Shown in pieces: positions 11,513 to 22,099 of a stretch of 22,352 bases of DNA. Numbering within the stretch: position 1 is the first letter of the stretch; each line of letters starts with the position of its first letter. The notes under the pieces were generated by a model. It was not told the origin of the DNA, did not search any database, and saw only the letters and a list, made by a program, of their open reading frames with translations. The DNA comes from Vicugna vicugna. Lineage: Eukaryota. A program made the translations under genes and the position numbers. The stretch spans positions 1,924,001 through 1,946,352 of the forward strand of contig MU058153.1 in assembly GCA_013265495.1 (NCBI GenBank). Direction: 5' to 3'.

Positions 11513-12010
11513 TGTGTACCAAGCAGAGGTTTGGTCACAGTCATCAGAAATCAGTTCTGACTTATTTCAGCAGAAAAAAAATAAGTTTATTATAAAGATA
11601 TTGGTTATTGTCAAGAAATGCAGAAGGCTGAAAAACCAGGCTCGGATGAGCAGGAATGAAGAAAACTAGAGAGCAGCTAGGCTCAGAGAGAACGTGACAG
11701 CCCAGACCTAGTCCATCAAGGTGGCCACTGGCATAAATTTCTCCTGATTGCCCTGCGAAATGGATGTTTCTGCTTCTGGGCCAGCTGCCCTTATTCCTTG
11801 CTTCAATAGCTTGTGATTCAGTTTGGGGTAGGTCAAGAATTAGTCAAATGCATATATCTTAGGGACAATAAACGTTTAGGAAAATAATGTCTGGCATTTG
11901 GGGCTTCTATGGTAGAAGACGTTTTTTTTGCTGCCTCCTGACAACATTCTTTCGATAGGATAATTCCAAATGGACTAAGGGCGTTCAGGTCCTGGCAACT
12001 ATGAATGCTG
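11513..12010 (-). mobile_element. Old MaLR LTR (MLT1K-N-like)
   Basis: 'cagaaatcagttctgacttatttcagcagaaaa...tttattataaagatattgg' and 'tctggcatttggggcttctatggtag' are typical of old MLT1 subfamilies. Confidence 0.7.
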
Positions 12011-12413
12011 TTCATGTTATCTTGTTCCCAGCATCTGAGATTAGCAATGAATGATTGATAAGTTAATACATGCCGCAAGAGAGCGTGATAAAATGAAACC
12101 TGCCATTGCTATTACTCGAAAACTTATTTTCATGTGAATAATCTTATTTTTAATTCTTGTTTTGACATTTTTTCCTATTTTTCATTTAATGATAATTATT
12201 TCCATACTCTTTAATATCAATGCTATGATGTTCTGTTCTGTTCTGACCCCTTGTCAGTCTGTTAAGCTGACCACCTACCCACATGTACATCCAGATAATT
12301 TACACTCATATCCTATTGATTGCCCCATAATTCCTGTCTCTGCTCAACCATGTGGTTCCAGTGACATTTGTAGTCTGGTTTGCATGATCCGCTCTCCCGC
12401 CACCACGGACTGA

Positions 12414-12460
12414 TACTAACCACTCTCTCTCTCCTTCCTGTCTCTCTCCTCTCACCGCAG
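12414..12460 (+). other. Strong candidate 3' splice site (branch point, polypyrimidine tract, CAG)
   Basis: TACTAAC 12414-12420, about 35 nt of CT-rich sequence, CAG 12458-12460, and no AG between 12374 and 12458. Confidence 0.6.
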
Positions 12461-13044
12461 TGCCTTGCATCTACAAAAGAATCTATTCCTCCTCTACTCT
12501 TCCCACGCTGGCAGTTACACAGCACACTTGGAGGTCTACCTTTTTCCAGTTGTCTGTCTTTCTAGTGACAAAGTCTATGAGGTTGGCTGGCTTATGCTTC
12601 ATGGAATCTGCTTTGCAGAATTCTCTCCTCTCAGAGGTAGGCTAAAGGCAAAATTCAGTATGGAGGGAGCTTCCCAGAATGCTTTAGGTCTCACTGCTGT
12701 TCCCTAATCCATCCTTTTAAGGAAGCCCTTCACTTTCAAGAACATTATGGCTCCAGTGGTAAAGCTTACTGCTTGAGCCCCATTAGGCTCTTTGAATCTT
12801 TCTTCTAATGGCTAAAGTTTAGAACCCTTTAGGTAGAGGGTTAATAAACTGGTATTCCTCACAACACAACAATATTAGAGGGGAAATTTTATTATCAGTT
12901 TAATATAGACCCACATATATTCAGCATTTCATCATGTGTTGTAATGTGTTCTCCATTGGGAATCATATATTCTCTAACCAACAAGAGAAGAAAAAAGATC
13001 TTTATCCATATTTTATATATAAGAATAAAAAAGGTATATATTTT

Positions 13045-13150
13045 ACTCACTCATCAGTGATTTTTTTTTCTGAACAACTATATTAACAGGTCTTTTGTGT
13101 AGTGCTAGGAAGCAGATAAAACACATACCCCTGCCTTCAGTGTGTTTAGG
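13045..13150 (-). mobile_element. L2 3' fragment
   Basis: 'ctcactcatc...ttctgaacaactatatt...gtagtgctagg...cccctgccttcag' is an antisense L2 tail. Confidence 0.45.
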
Positions 13151-13329
13151 AGAGCAGCTTGTCAAGTTTGATCAGAGATTTTTCTTTTTAATCAGTTTTT
13201 GTTTTTATTTTTGTTTTTAGAATACTGGAAGATTGTATTATACTCAGTAGTTGTGAAAATGTCTACTTGCGATAACAAGTGTCTCTCTATGGGTACAAGG
13301 CACTGAATGGTCTTTTAAAATACGTTGTA

Positions 13330-13460
13330 TTGAAAGAAATGACTGGTAGACATTTGGATTGTGTCTTTTGTCTAGAATGAACTAGATGTATGCCATTGCA
13401 CAAATCATTTAAACTTTATAAGCTTTGGTATTCTCATCTATAAAATGGGTGTAAACTTTG
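13330..13460 (+). mobile_element. MIR SINE fragment
   Basis: 'actagatgtatgccattgcacaaatcatttaaact...ttctcatctataaaatggg' is the MIR core. Confidence 0.7.
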
Positions 13461-13789
13461 TTACGCAGCTGGACTAAGCAAGCACGTGTCACCTGAATAT
13501 CACTGAAGGCTCTGGTGCTGTGTGAGATAACATGGGGGAGTGGAGGGTGGCTCCCTGAGCTCTGCATTCTCAGTGAGATGATGTCATCTTCACTGGGGGT
13601 AAATATTGGTTGTTGAGGGTAAAAAAAAAACCACATTTTATGATAATGCACAAACAGACATCTTGTGTATAAAACATATATGGATAGCATATCTGTGGTG
13701 TAAGGATTTTGTGGGGGAGCTAATTAAGAAAACAATGTTATAAAAAACTTGTTATCGGGGGTGATAAATAAGTGTTCAGAAACACTGAC

Positions 13790-14000
13790 CGAGGCTATCT
13801 TCTAGTTTCCTGCCCTGAATACCTGTAAAACCATGGAAACATTACGTCTTCTCCTGGGTTCCTTGTCTAATGTTTGTGAAGTCACATATAATCAAAACTT
13901 TCTTTCCTACTTCACAGGGTTTTGGTGAAGATCAAATGAAACAATGTGTGAATATTCTGAAGTGTACAAACTGCTAGGAATTATTAGGTGTTATTATTGA
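13790..14000 (+). mobile_element. MIR/MIR3-like fragment
   Basis: 'cctacttcacagggttttggtgaagatcaaatgaaacaatgtgtgaa...tattatt' is a MIR 3' part. Confidence 0.65.
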
Positions 14001-14399
14001 CACTGCTGTAATGGCTAAGAATAAAATACAGTTATGAAAGAAAAAAAAGTATTACTACTTGGGATAGTTCAATTTCCATTTTGCAGTGAAAACTCATTTA
14101 CCCAAGGAGGTGATGACAGTGACAACTTCGAAATGTAGTTCTTCTACTTGAGGGATTTAGGTATATTACTAAACGCATTTTAAAAGAAGGTTGCCTGTTT
14201 CTCAACTTGGGCAAAGAGTAAAGGAAGTAACTTTTCTTCCCACAGGAAGGTCAGGTTTTACCTCTCCAGCCCTGTGCCCGACCCTCCACTCCCCAAACCA
14301 CACATTCGCCTAGAACTACGAGATGTTCTCTAGAATCGCTCCATCACCTGTCTCCTTTCTTCTCCATCCCAGTGAATCTTATTTAATTTGTTTTAATTG

Positions 14400-14525
14400 G
14401 CTTATTCATCATTTAAAACTATATATTGAAGACCAATGATTAGCTGGATGCCATCCTGGACACTGGACATACAATAGTAGACAGAACAGACAGAATTCCT
14501 AAGAGTACGGCGCTGACAATTTAGT
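14400..14525 (-). mobile_element. L2 3' fragment
   Basis: 'ttcatcattt...tattgaagacc...ccatcctggacactggacatacaatagtagacagaacagacag' is an antisense L2 tail. Confidence 0.6.
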
Positions 14526-14534
14526 ACCTCACCT

Positions 14535-14940
14535 TAGCCCAGTGCTCCTTGAAGACAGCTACAGTTAAGAAATCCCCCCACTCTTCTGTGTCCTGGAAAA
14601 GGTTTACAGTCCTTTCCTGTGTGACTTAACATCAGATTCACAGATAACCCTCTTTGTTTACCTAAGACAAGGCCAGACACAAGCCCTCAGCATTCCCATC
14701 CTTTATTTCATATGTTAGTTGAGGGGCTGGTACCCACTGACCAAACTGGACAAAACACCTGTCATCTATTGACTTAACCTAACCCTCAAGCTTCTCTCCT
14801 CCCCCAAGCCCCTGAACTAAGGCCACCCCCACAGCCCAAGCCGGCATGCAAGCCCTCCTTAAGAGCCTTCCTCAGAATAAACTCAAGGCAAAGAGTCTCT
14901 GATCTACTGTCCTATCAAACAGCCCTTTCCTCCCACTGGC
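14535..14940 (+). mobile_element. ERV1 solo LTR, MER90-like
   Basis: C-rich LTR-like block; 'aagaaatcccccactc', 'tttgtttacctaagacaaggccagacac', 'aagcttctctcctccccc..gcccctgaact' and 'ctctgatctactgtcc' match MER90-type LTRs as I recall them. Confidence 0.65.
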
Positions 14941-15634
14941 CGGTATCCAGTGCTTTCTGGAAGATCACTTTAGGCATAATCAGCAATTAACTGCTTGCTG
15001 TTGTGCTGACCCCCACTTTACAGCTACCTGAAAACTTTAAGGTGGTAAGACAGAGTGAAAACAAGGGCTGATTTTCAATGTGGAGGCTACAAATTGCAAT
15101 TTACACATAAAATCTATATTTGTTCTGAAGCCAGCGGGAGTGAAGAAGGAAAATTGATATGGCAGGAATGAAACTACAGAAGGGTGACATTTTCAGTAAT
15201 CATTTGCAGCAAAAGAGTTATAGTTTGGGTCTGCTTCTTAGTTTTTTTCTTTTTTCAATTTTTTGGAGTTTTTTTTTTTTTTTAACCCCAAAGAAAATGA
15301 ATATAAATCAACATTTACAAAGACAGGGAATGCTTTCATACTTCACCTATCTATACATTTTTAAGATCAGCATGATGCAGTTAGCTATTGGATACAGACT
15401 AAATGAGAGACACAGAAACTGCATAGTACATAATTCCTTTTCCTTAAATGGAGGTAAGAATTGAGGTTTTACTGCTTTTCACTGAGTTACATGTGTTTCC
15501 CTGGACCTCTCTTTCATTCTGAATCTCAGTTCCCTTCAACATGAAAAATGGAGTGGCAGCAATAAGACTTTTTGTTTTTTTCCTTTTTGAGATTTGCAAA
15601 ACATCTGAGAATAAGAAACCATCTGCTAGTATCA

Positions 15635-15865
15635 TATAAAGAGGCCAAAAGGGCTGGGCCGAAGAGAAAGAGTCTGGCGTCACGGCCACATCAGTTGGCC
15701 CGGGTCTCTGCCAGGCCCCTGCCCCAGAGGCGGGGAGAACCTGGGGACACCGATTCTGGCGAGCACTTTGCCAGCAGGCTGGTGTTCTCCAGGACAAGAA
15801 GGCACAGCGGCAGGGACGAGGGGTGGTACAGCAGGTTGTGAAATGAGATACGGGCTTATGTCGGA
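15635..15865. promoter_or_regulatory. Small GC/CpG-rich island, candidate promoter or enhancer
   Basis: About 64% GC over 15661-15840 and 11 CpG in 15660-15863 (hand counts). TATAAAG 15635-15641, CGTCA 15678-15682, GAGGCGGGG 15727-15735. Confidence 0.35.
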
Positions 15866-16373
15866 GTCATTAAGCTTTTCTGATAAATGGACTGCAAATT
15901 AATTGGTGGTTCCACTAATTAATTTATTTGACTTGCTGAAATGCTTGGGCCTGGCAATGGCTGCTGGAGGAGCAGAATGATACTTCCACACAGAGAGCAT
16001 TCTATTTCCTGGCCCCCGCCTCTCCATGAAGAGCTTGAATTTAGGCTTCCTCATAGGTGGAGATTTTCAGAACGTATCAGCAATGAAAATATCAAATGAT
16101 GCAAAATACTTGTTTTGGTCTAGAAATATCTGAGTAGTGATTTTTGGAATCAGAAGGGCAATCAGAATGCTGGTCCTCATAGGTTTCTATTGGTTGCCGT
16201 GTGCAGTGCCCGAAATGCCATCAACAGGCTGAGGTAGGATTTTTGTCATTGTTCCAGTAGGTTAAATATGTATCTCTGGCCCAACAGGGAAGGGCCATCC
16301 AGATGGCAGGATCAGGAGAAGAATGGAGGTAAACATGCTTGCTCATTTGCTTCAGAAATGACTTCTGACATAA

Positions 16374-16500
16374 ACACACACACATATATATACGTGTCAA
16401 CGTATCTACATAAATATGCACATGCATCTACATATGAGTTGATATCTACATACATGTAGGTATATACATGTATGCATGTATGTTCATACGTGTGTCTATA
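16374..16500. repeat. Low-complexity alternating purine-pyrimidine tract (CA/TA/TG)
   Basis: Directly visible; unbroken 24-nt alternations at 16374-16397 and 16460-16483. Confidence 0.85.
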
Positions 16501-16879
16501 TCTTTGTTCTCTTTAAAAATGAGAATACTTTCTTAAGAGACAAATAATGGTTCAATTCGTGTCAATGTGTCTCACTGGATTGTTACAGTATAAGGAAGAA
16601 TAAAAAGTGCCTATATGTTAAAACATAACCAAGAATCTGCTGTATATACTTGCTTAAAATAATTGTACTTTCAGGATACAATTTAAAATGTATTTTCTAC
16701 TTTTTTTCTCTTTTTTTTTGTCTTTATAATTTGACTAAAGAGAAAAAGATATTTCCACAAAAATATCTATTGCCAGAAATATAAGGTGGCATGGGAAGTC
16801 CTGAAAGCCCGACTTCCACAGACAAAACCACAATGAACATGTTTTATTTATGAAATTGCAACTTACATATTATTATACA

Positions 16880-17200
16880 CATATGTCATATATGTATTAT
16901 TTATTTGTTACATAGTCTGCTTTTCTTTTTGTTCACCTAGTATGTTTATCCATCTTCCTATCAGTTCATTGATTTATCTTTCCTTTTAATGGTTTTATAA
17001 GCCTCCATTTTATAGATGACCATACAATTTTTAATTTGAACCTATCAATGGTGATTTCTAAATTTTTACTGTTAACCAATCATTTTTCGTTGATAATCTT
17101 AGTACAATAACAGTTTTATATATGTGTGTGCCATTTCTGTTGAATAAATTGCTAGAAGTGGAATGTCTGGCCAAAATATATGCAAATAATTAATTTGTAG
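16880..17200 (-). mobile_element. Ancient L1 (L1ME-like) 3' fragment
   Basis: 'cttttaatgg...ctccattttatagatgaccata' and 'atttctgttgaataaattgctagaagtggaatgtctggccaaa' are typical of antisense L1ME. Confidence 0.75.
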
Positions 17201-18339
17201 GTTGAGTAAACAACAAATGGCTTCATTTGCCTAAGTAAAAAAGAAAAGCAGAAGTAATAAGGCAATAGTGGTTGAAATAGAGAAAAATAATGTTTTGTAA
17301 TAAAACTTGTATCTCTCATCCAACTTTTATGTATAAATTCTTATTTTATTACTTGTGATTAGATTTCCCTGAATACTGACCTCTCTTAAGGACACATGTT
17401 AAATTATATCATTATCTATTGTATGCTTTAGAACAAATTAGGCATCATTATTTGAATATAAATGTATTATATGTGCTATAGAGGATCAAAGAGTTAAGCT
17501 TTAAGTAAAGATTTTAAATAATTATTAGGTACACAAATGGGAAGATTAGGAAATTAAAATATATTCTCAACACCTGAATTCTTCTAGCCTTGTAGAAGAA
17601 CTGACAATTATTCCAGAAAAAAATAAATGGACACAGAAGCATACATTTATGTCTTAAGATGAGTATCCAGTCCAGCACTCTCTTATCTGTGCACAGAAGT
17701 GTTCTTTTCAGGCCATTCTAAACTTTGTAGTAAAATATTAAAATACTCAAAAATCGTATCAGTAACATGCAGCCTAGTGAATTTTTTTTGTTATGTTCAA
17801 GATCAGTACAATCAGAGATTAGCTTAACGTCAAGTATTTGATAGAAAAAGAGCCTTTCTGTGTCTTTGCTCTTTGTCTTTCCTTTATTCTCTATAGCTAG
17901 TGCCTAGTCACCCGCCACCACAAACTAAATTGACTAATTATTCACAACTCAGGAGGCATGTATGAGTTTCAGAAGGTTTGCAAGTTGACTGCTTTAATCC
18001 CTAATCAAAGGCAGCTGGATGAAGTTATCCTAGGGGACATTAACTCCTAAATTTACCAAAGTAGCACCTGGGGACTTAGCCAGTTAGCCTCCACATTTTT
18101 CAAGCAGGACATTGTTTTGAATCTCATCTGTTATTTCAAGATCTAAAGCTCTACGCCTTTGTGCTGAAAGTTGGTAAATGTGAGAGAATATCTTGTTCAT
18201 GGCTTGTTACTGAAATTCCAGTGTATGGTTCCCCATAAAGGAAATACTCGTCTCCTAGGGACTCTTGTTACACAGCTAACAGTTCTGCTTACCCGACACA
18301 GCTCTTTAATTCCATGCTCAAAAAACCTTTTAATAGGAA

Positions 18340-18470
18340 ATACTGTAATGTTTTAGTGACTTTGAAATCATACAGATCCAAGTTCAAATTCAGTTCTGTG
18401 AATCATTAATGATGCAACCTTGGACAAATTATTCTAACCTCTTTGTGCTTCAGTTTCCTTATTTATAAAC
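18340..18470 (+). mobile_element. MIR SINE
   Basis: 'ctttgaaatcatacagatccaagttcaaatt...accttggacaaattattctaacctctttgtgcttcagtttccttatttataaa'. Confidence 0.85.
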
Positions 18471-18846
18471 ATTTGTGCTTGGGGCTGAGAAATAAACTGA
18501 AGGAAAACGAAATCACTCTTTTCAATATTACACATAAATAATCATCTTTTTGATTTGGAAATTGAGTTCAAACAATAAATCTGCATAAAGTAATTTATCC
18601 ACTTCTATTAAGAAATAATGTTAAATTGTTTTATCTGAGTTGTAATTTGCAATAAACCCAATGTATCTTTGGATGAATGATTTTAATTACACAAAACGTC
18701 AAATTCTTCAGTTTCAGTATTTTAGAAGAAATACACAAATTTGAATACTACTCTATCCAACAGTCTTTCTGAATTTGACTCTAATTAATATTATTAGAAT
18801 TCCCTATTTATCAGGCTTAACACAATGCCTTTGCATATAATGAAAT

Positions 18847-19080
18847 CTGCTAACATTATGCTTATATTTTTTAAGCAGACACTCTATGTGCTTTATATTT
18901 ATAACTCACTTTATGAGGTTAGCTACCATTACTATTCCGATTTTCTAGATGAGAAAATTGAGGAACAAGTAGGTTTTGAAACTTACCCCAATTTACAGTT
19001 AGTACATGTCGGAGTCACAGTTTGTTCACTGGTGGATTAGCTCCCTATCGCACATTCTTTCCCAGCATGCTCTCTTGCCT
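18847..19080 (-). mobile_element. MIR SINE, near full length
   Basis: 'tatgaggttagctaccattactattccgattttctagatgagaaaattgagg...aacttacccaatttacagttagta' is an antisense MIR core. Confidence 0.85.
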
Positions 19081-19327
19081 GCTAGTTTCCACTGAATTTT
19101 AAAGAATCATATTTTAGCAAGTTGAAACATATCATTTACTATTGGTAACATATTTTCCACTGATTTTAACCTGCCTATTTGTGTTTGGAAAAGTCGATTT
19201 GTGTGTCCTGTCTATTTAAACTAAGAAATAAATCAAATAATTAAACATTCGCAATTGAATTGAACTGTATTATGTCTTTTTAATTGGGGGAAACAAATCC
19301 TTTATAATTCATCATTTTTATCAAAGG

Positions 19328-19581
19328 CAAGAGTTTGCAAAAATGTATTCCATAAAACACCAGTATCACTAAAGTAGCTGATTAGGGTTTCCTGGTGAAA
19401 TTAACTGACCAGTTCTGTCCCTTGATTGGAGATCATAATGCAAATTAAAGTCTTTGAAAAACCTGTTGAATTTGTTCTAATCTGACATTTTTTAAACGTG
19501 GTTGAGCAGAAACACTTTAATAAGTTGGTATCTTGCTTCTTGCTTTTTACTGTGCTGCAGAGGATAATTTGGGAAATGCTA
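19328..19581. mobile_element. hAT-Charlie non-autonomous DNA transposon (MER112/MER117-like)
   Basis: Degenerate termini 'caagagtttgcaaaaatgtattccataaaacacc' and 'tttgggaaatgcta', with internal 'ttggagatcataatgcaaatta...aaacctgttgaatttgtt'. Confidence 0.55.
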
Positions 19582-20074
19582 ATCTAAGTGACTCATCTTG
19601 ACAAGGGGGACTTTTATTCTTTGACACTTGGTTTGTGTTCTATTTCAATATTTTTAATACAAAAGACTCAGAAGCATTTTCTGCTCCCACTGTTCAGCCC
19701 ATCTTTTAAATCAACAGTTGCAGTGATAATCGGGAGTCCTTGAGATAATCACCCACAAGCTGTTATTTACTGATGATTATGTCCCATCAAATATACACAT
19801 ACACACGGTCCAATACAAGCAAAAGGAGACTATTTTTATGGCATCATGATGCACACTGGCAAATAGATAAACGAAGTTTCATGAAATAAAGTGGCTGGGA
19901 ATTAAAAAAAAATACCCATTGGCTACTCAAATGCTCCTAACACTGGATATTATAGTCGTAGGGAAAACAACCAAAAAATCCCAGCTCTGTTATCCTCCCC
20001 CTCTAAAAATGACATGCCATTCAAGCCTCAGGAATGGGATAGTGTTTTCTGAAAGAGAATGAACGACCAAAAGT

Positions 20075-20120
20075 TGTGCATACAAGAAACTCAGTAAATA
20101 TTTGTTGAGTGAATGAAAGG
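20075..20120 (+). mobile_element. L2 tail
   Basis: 'aaactcagtaaatatttgttgagtgaatgaa'. Confidence 0.7.
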
Positions 20121-21149
20121 AAAAAGGAAACAGACCGTGAAGCTCAAAGAATCCACAGACAACAGGGTGCCTTCATATTCACTCAGGATGAGACAGACTA
20201 TTAATCTTCTTAGTGTTACCTGCCTGTGGAATTTTAATTATTCTCAGTAACCACTATCTTCTCCTAGGAAGCCCATTGGTATATAAAGTCTGGTGGAAAA
20301 ACGTATACTTGCTCTTATTTTGTAAAAGATTTTTACAAAACACCATGTACCTGTCAAGGCATTTTTCTTATTTAGTGTGCTTGCTCTTGTATTTTACATG
20401 CTTCTTGAAATTACCTCCTCGCTTTCAAGGGCACTATAATTTAGTACTTCTTTAACTTTTCCTGTGTTTTCTTCAGACATTTCATTACAGGCAAATATAT
20501 TCCGCCCCTCTCTTCCCGTTTTTCATTTCCTTCCACTCTGCATTTCACCACCACCCCCTGCTCCTTTTTATTGTCATAATTCCAACTTTCTACTCAAAGA
20601 AAGTGGTTGGCAAACGTTTCTCTTAAGCTAAACGTGACTTTCATGGAATACTGAGCCTGACATTTTTCCAACTTCTGCAGATATTTTCAACTTGACTATA
20701 TCCCACTGACAAATTGAACATGTATCCCGAAGAACTCTTCCATTCCAAAGCCATCTTCATTTCCACCATCTTGGAGCCCTTCTGGTTCCGTCCAAGGAAC
20801 CCATTTTTTTTCTTATCCTTGAGAAGTTGTTGCTATTTTCAATTGGAAGTGACAGTCTTGGGAACTGGTACGTCTTATTGCCAATCTCCTCCCAGGTATA
20901 GTCAGTCATCCACAGAAGTAGAATCAATTTAAGCTGCAGCTGACCCATTCTGAGAGGCCTGGGTACCACAGTTTACCTGTTATCCTTTTATAGGTGACTG
21001 AGGGAATCAAATCTTTTGAAAAACATGTATTCAGTTAAAATGATAATGCCTTGCTGTCCTGCTATGCTTGGTCATTACCTAAAATATTAGTAATTATAGT
21101 CAATAATATTTGAAAAGACCTAAACTGGGTTTCCTTTTACCTAACCTAA

Positions 21150-21630
21150 TCTTTCCTTGACCCTTTCTCTTGCCACTGCCTTCTAGAATTTCCAGAATCT
21201 CTCTTTCTATGCTTCTTCAGGCTTCCTGGACTAGCTGAAACACAGGGCTTCCAGAGGATGCTACTTTCGCTACATGTCTCTTAAGTAGATGCTCTTCATT
21301 TTTCTATGACTCATGGCTATGAGTGGAATCAGTGAGTATCCAGGTATACTTCAAGGTCTATTACCACTCCGCATATTTTTTTTAAAGAAAAGATGACACT
21401 ACTTTCATTAGACTCTTGCTCTAGATTCAGACAATCATTTTTGTCCTCATCCTTGTCATCTGCTCTTAGCTTGATTACTCTTTCTTAAGTTTGGAAGACT
21501 TTGTAACCTATTGCACAATTCTTTTCCTATTCCAATTCCTGTCATCATATATGGTGACATCAATGTTAATCTGGTGACCCATTTCAAAGCCCAATCTTCT
21601 ATTCCCTAATCACTTCAATTCCAATAATTA
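21150..21630 (+). mobile_element. L2 endonuclease-region fragment
   Basis: 'ggactagctgaaaca' (LALTETW-like) and 'cctgtcatcatatatggtgacatcaatgtt' = PVIIYGDINV (APE-type GDFN motif). Confidence 0.7.
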
Positions 21631-21795
21631 GGGCAACTTAGAAAAATAATTATGCTAATGGAGACAGTTCTCAGAGTGAAAAGGTATATTATTCATAATT
21701 GCACCAAGATACCATTAAATCATAATTTACTTGTGGAAAAAAAAACAGACTACATGGTCACTAGCTCGATAATGATTGTTTTCTCTCTACTTCAG

Positions 21796-21876
21796 CTACA
21801 CACTCCAGACACCAGAAACTGGAATTTATTATGATCCAATATAAAATAGATATATAGATAAAAAATAAATGAAGAG
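21796..21876 (+). other. Candidate 81-nt non-coding exon or pseudo-exon
   Basis: Acceptor ttgttttctctctacttcag (AG 21794-21795) and consensus donor GAG|GTAAGT (GT 21877-21878); stops in all three frames. Confidence 0.3.
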
Positions 21877-21899
21877 GTAAGTTGAATATCCGCGTACAA

Positions 21900-22000
21900 C
21901 CTTTCGTCTTCCTGTTCTTCAAACTAGATCTACTTCAAGACATCCTGGATGCCATATTGCCAGATGAAGATGTCCAAAACTGAATACATCCATCTTTCAT
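21900..22000 (+). mobile_element. L2 fragment (late RT region)
   Basis: 'gacatcctggatg...atgtccaaaactgaatacatccatctttc' (MSKTE motif). Confidence 0.6.
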
Positions 22001-22099
22001 TTGGTACAATATTGTCACCATAATTTGTACTCACTTTATTTCTCTATTTTCTTTCATTTATTAAGTCTGTTTGGTTTTTACTTTATACTTTCTCCACTT

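Noticed and set aside
12224..12280. C/D-box-like ATGATG...CTGA
   Set aside because: The C box is imperfect, the spacing is too short and I see no terminal stem.
13180..13350. T-rich acceptor ...gtttttag at 13220
   Set aside because: Stops in all frames and no good donor; probably a simple T-rich tract.
15366..15459. Exon ending at the strong donor GAG|GTAAGA (15453/15454)
   Set aside because: Upstream acceptors are weak (AAG, or CAG right after an AG) and the peptide is unrecognisable.
15572..15841. 89-aa Arg-rich ORF or coding exon
   Set aside because: No recognisable homology; the acceptor would be a rare GAG (15589-15591); openness is explained by high GC.
19841..19852. Perfect 12-bp palindrome GCATCATGATGC
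   Set aside because: Several palindromes of this size are expected by chance in 22 kb.
20975..20999. Recursive-splice-like TAG|GTGACT
   Set aside because: The regenerated donor departs from GTRAG and the pyrimidine tract is short.
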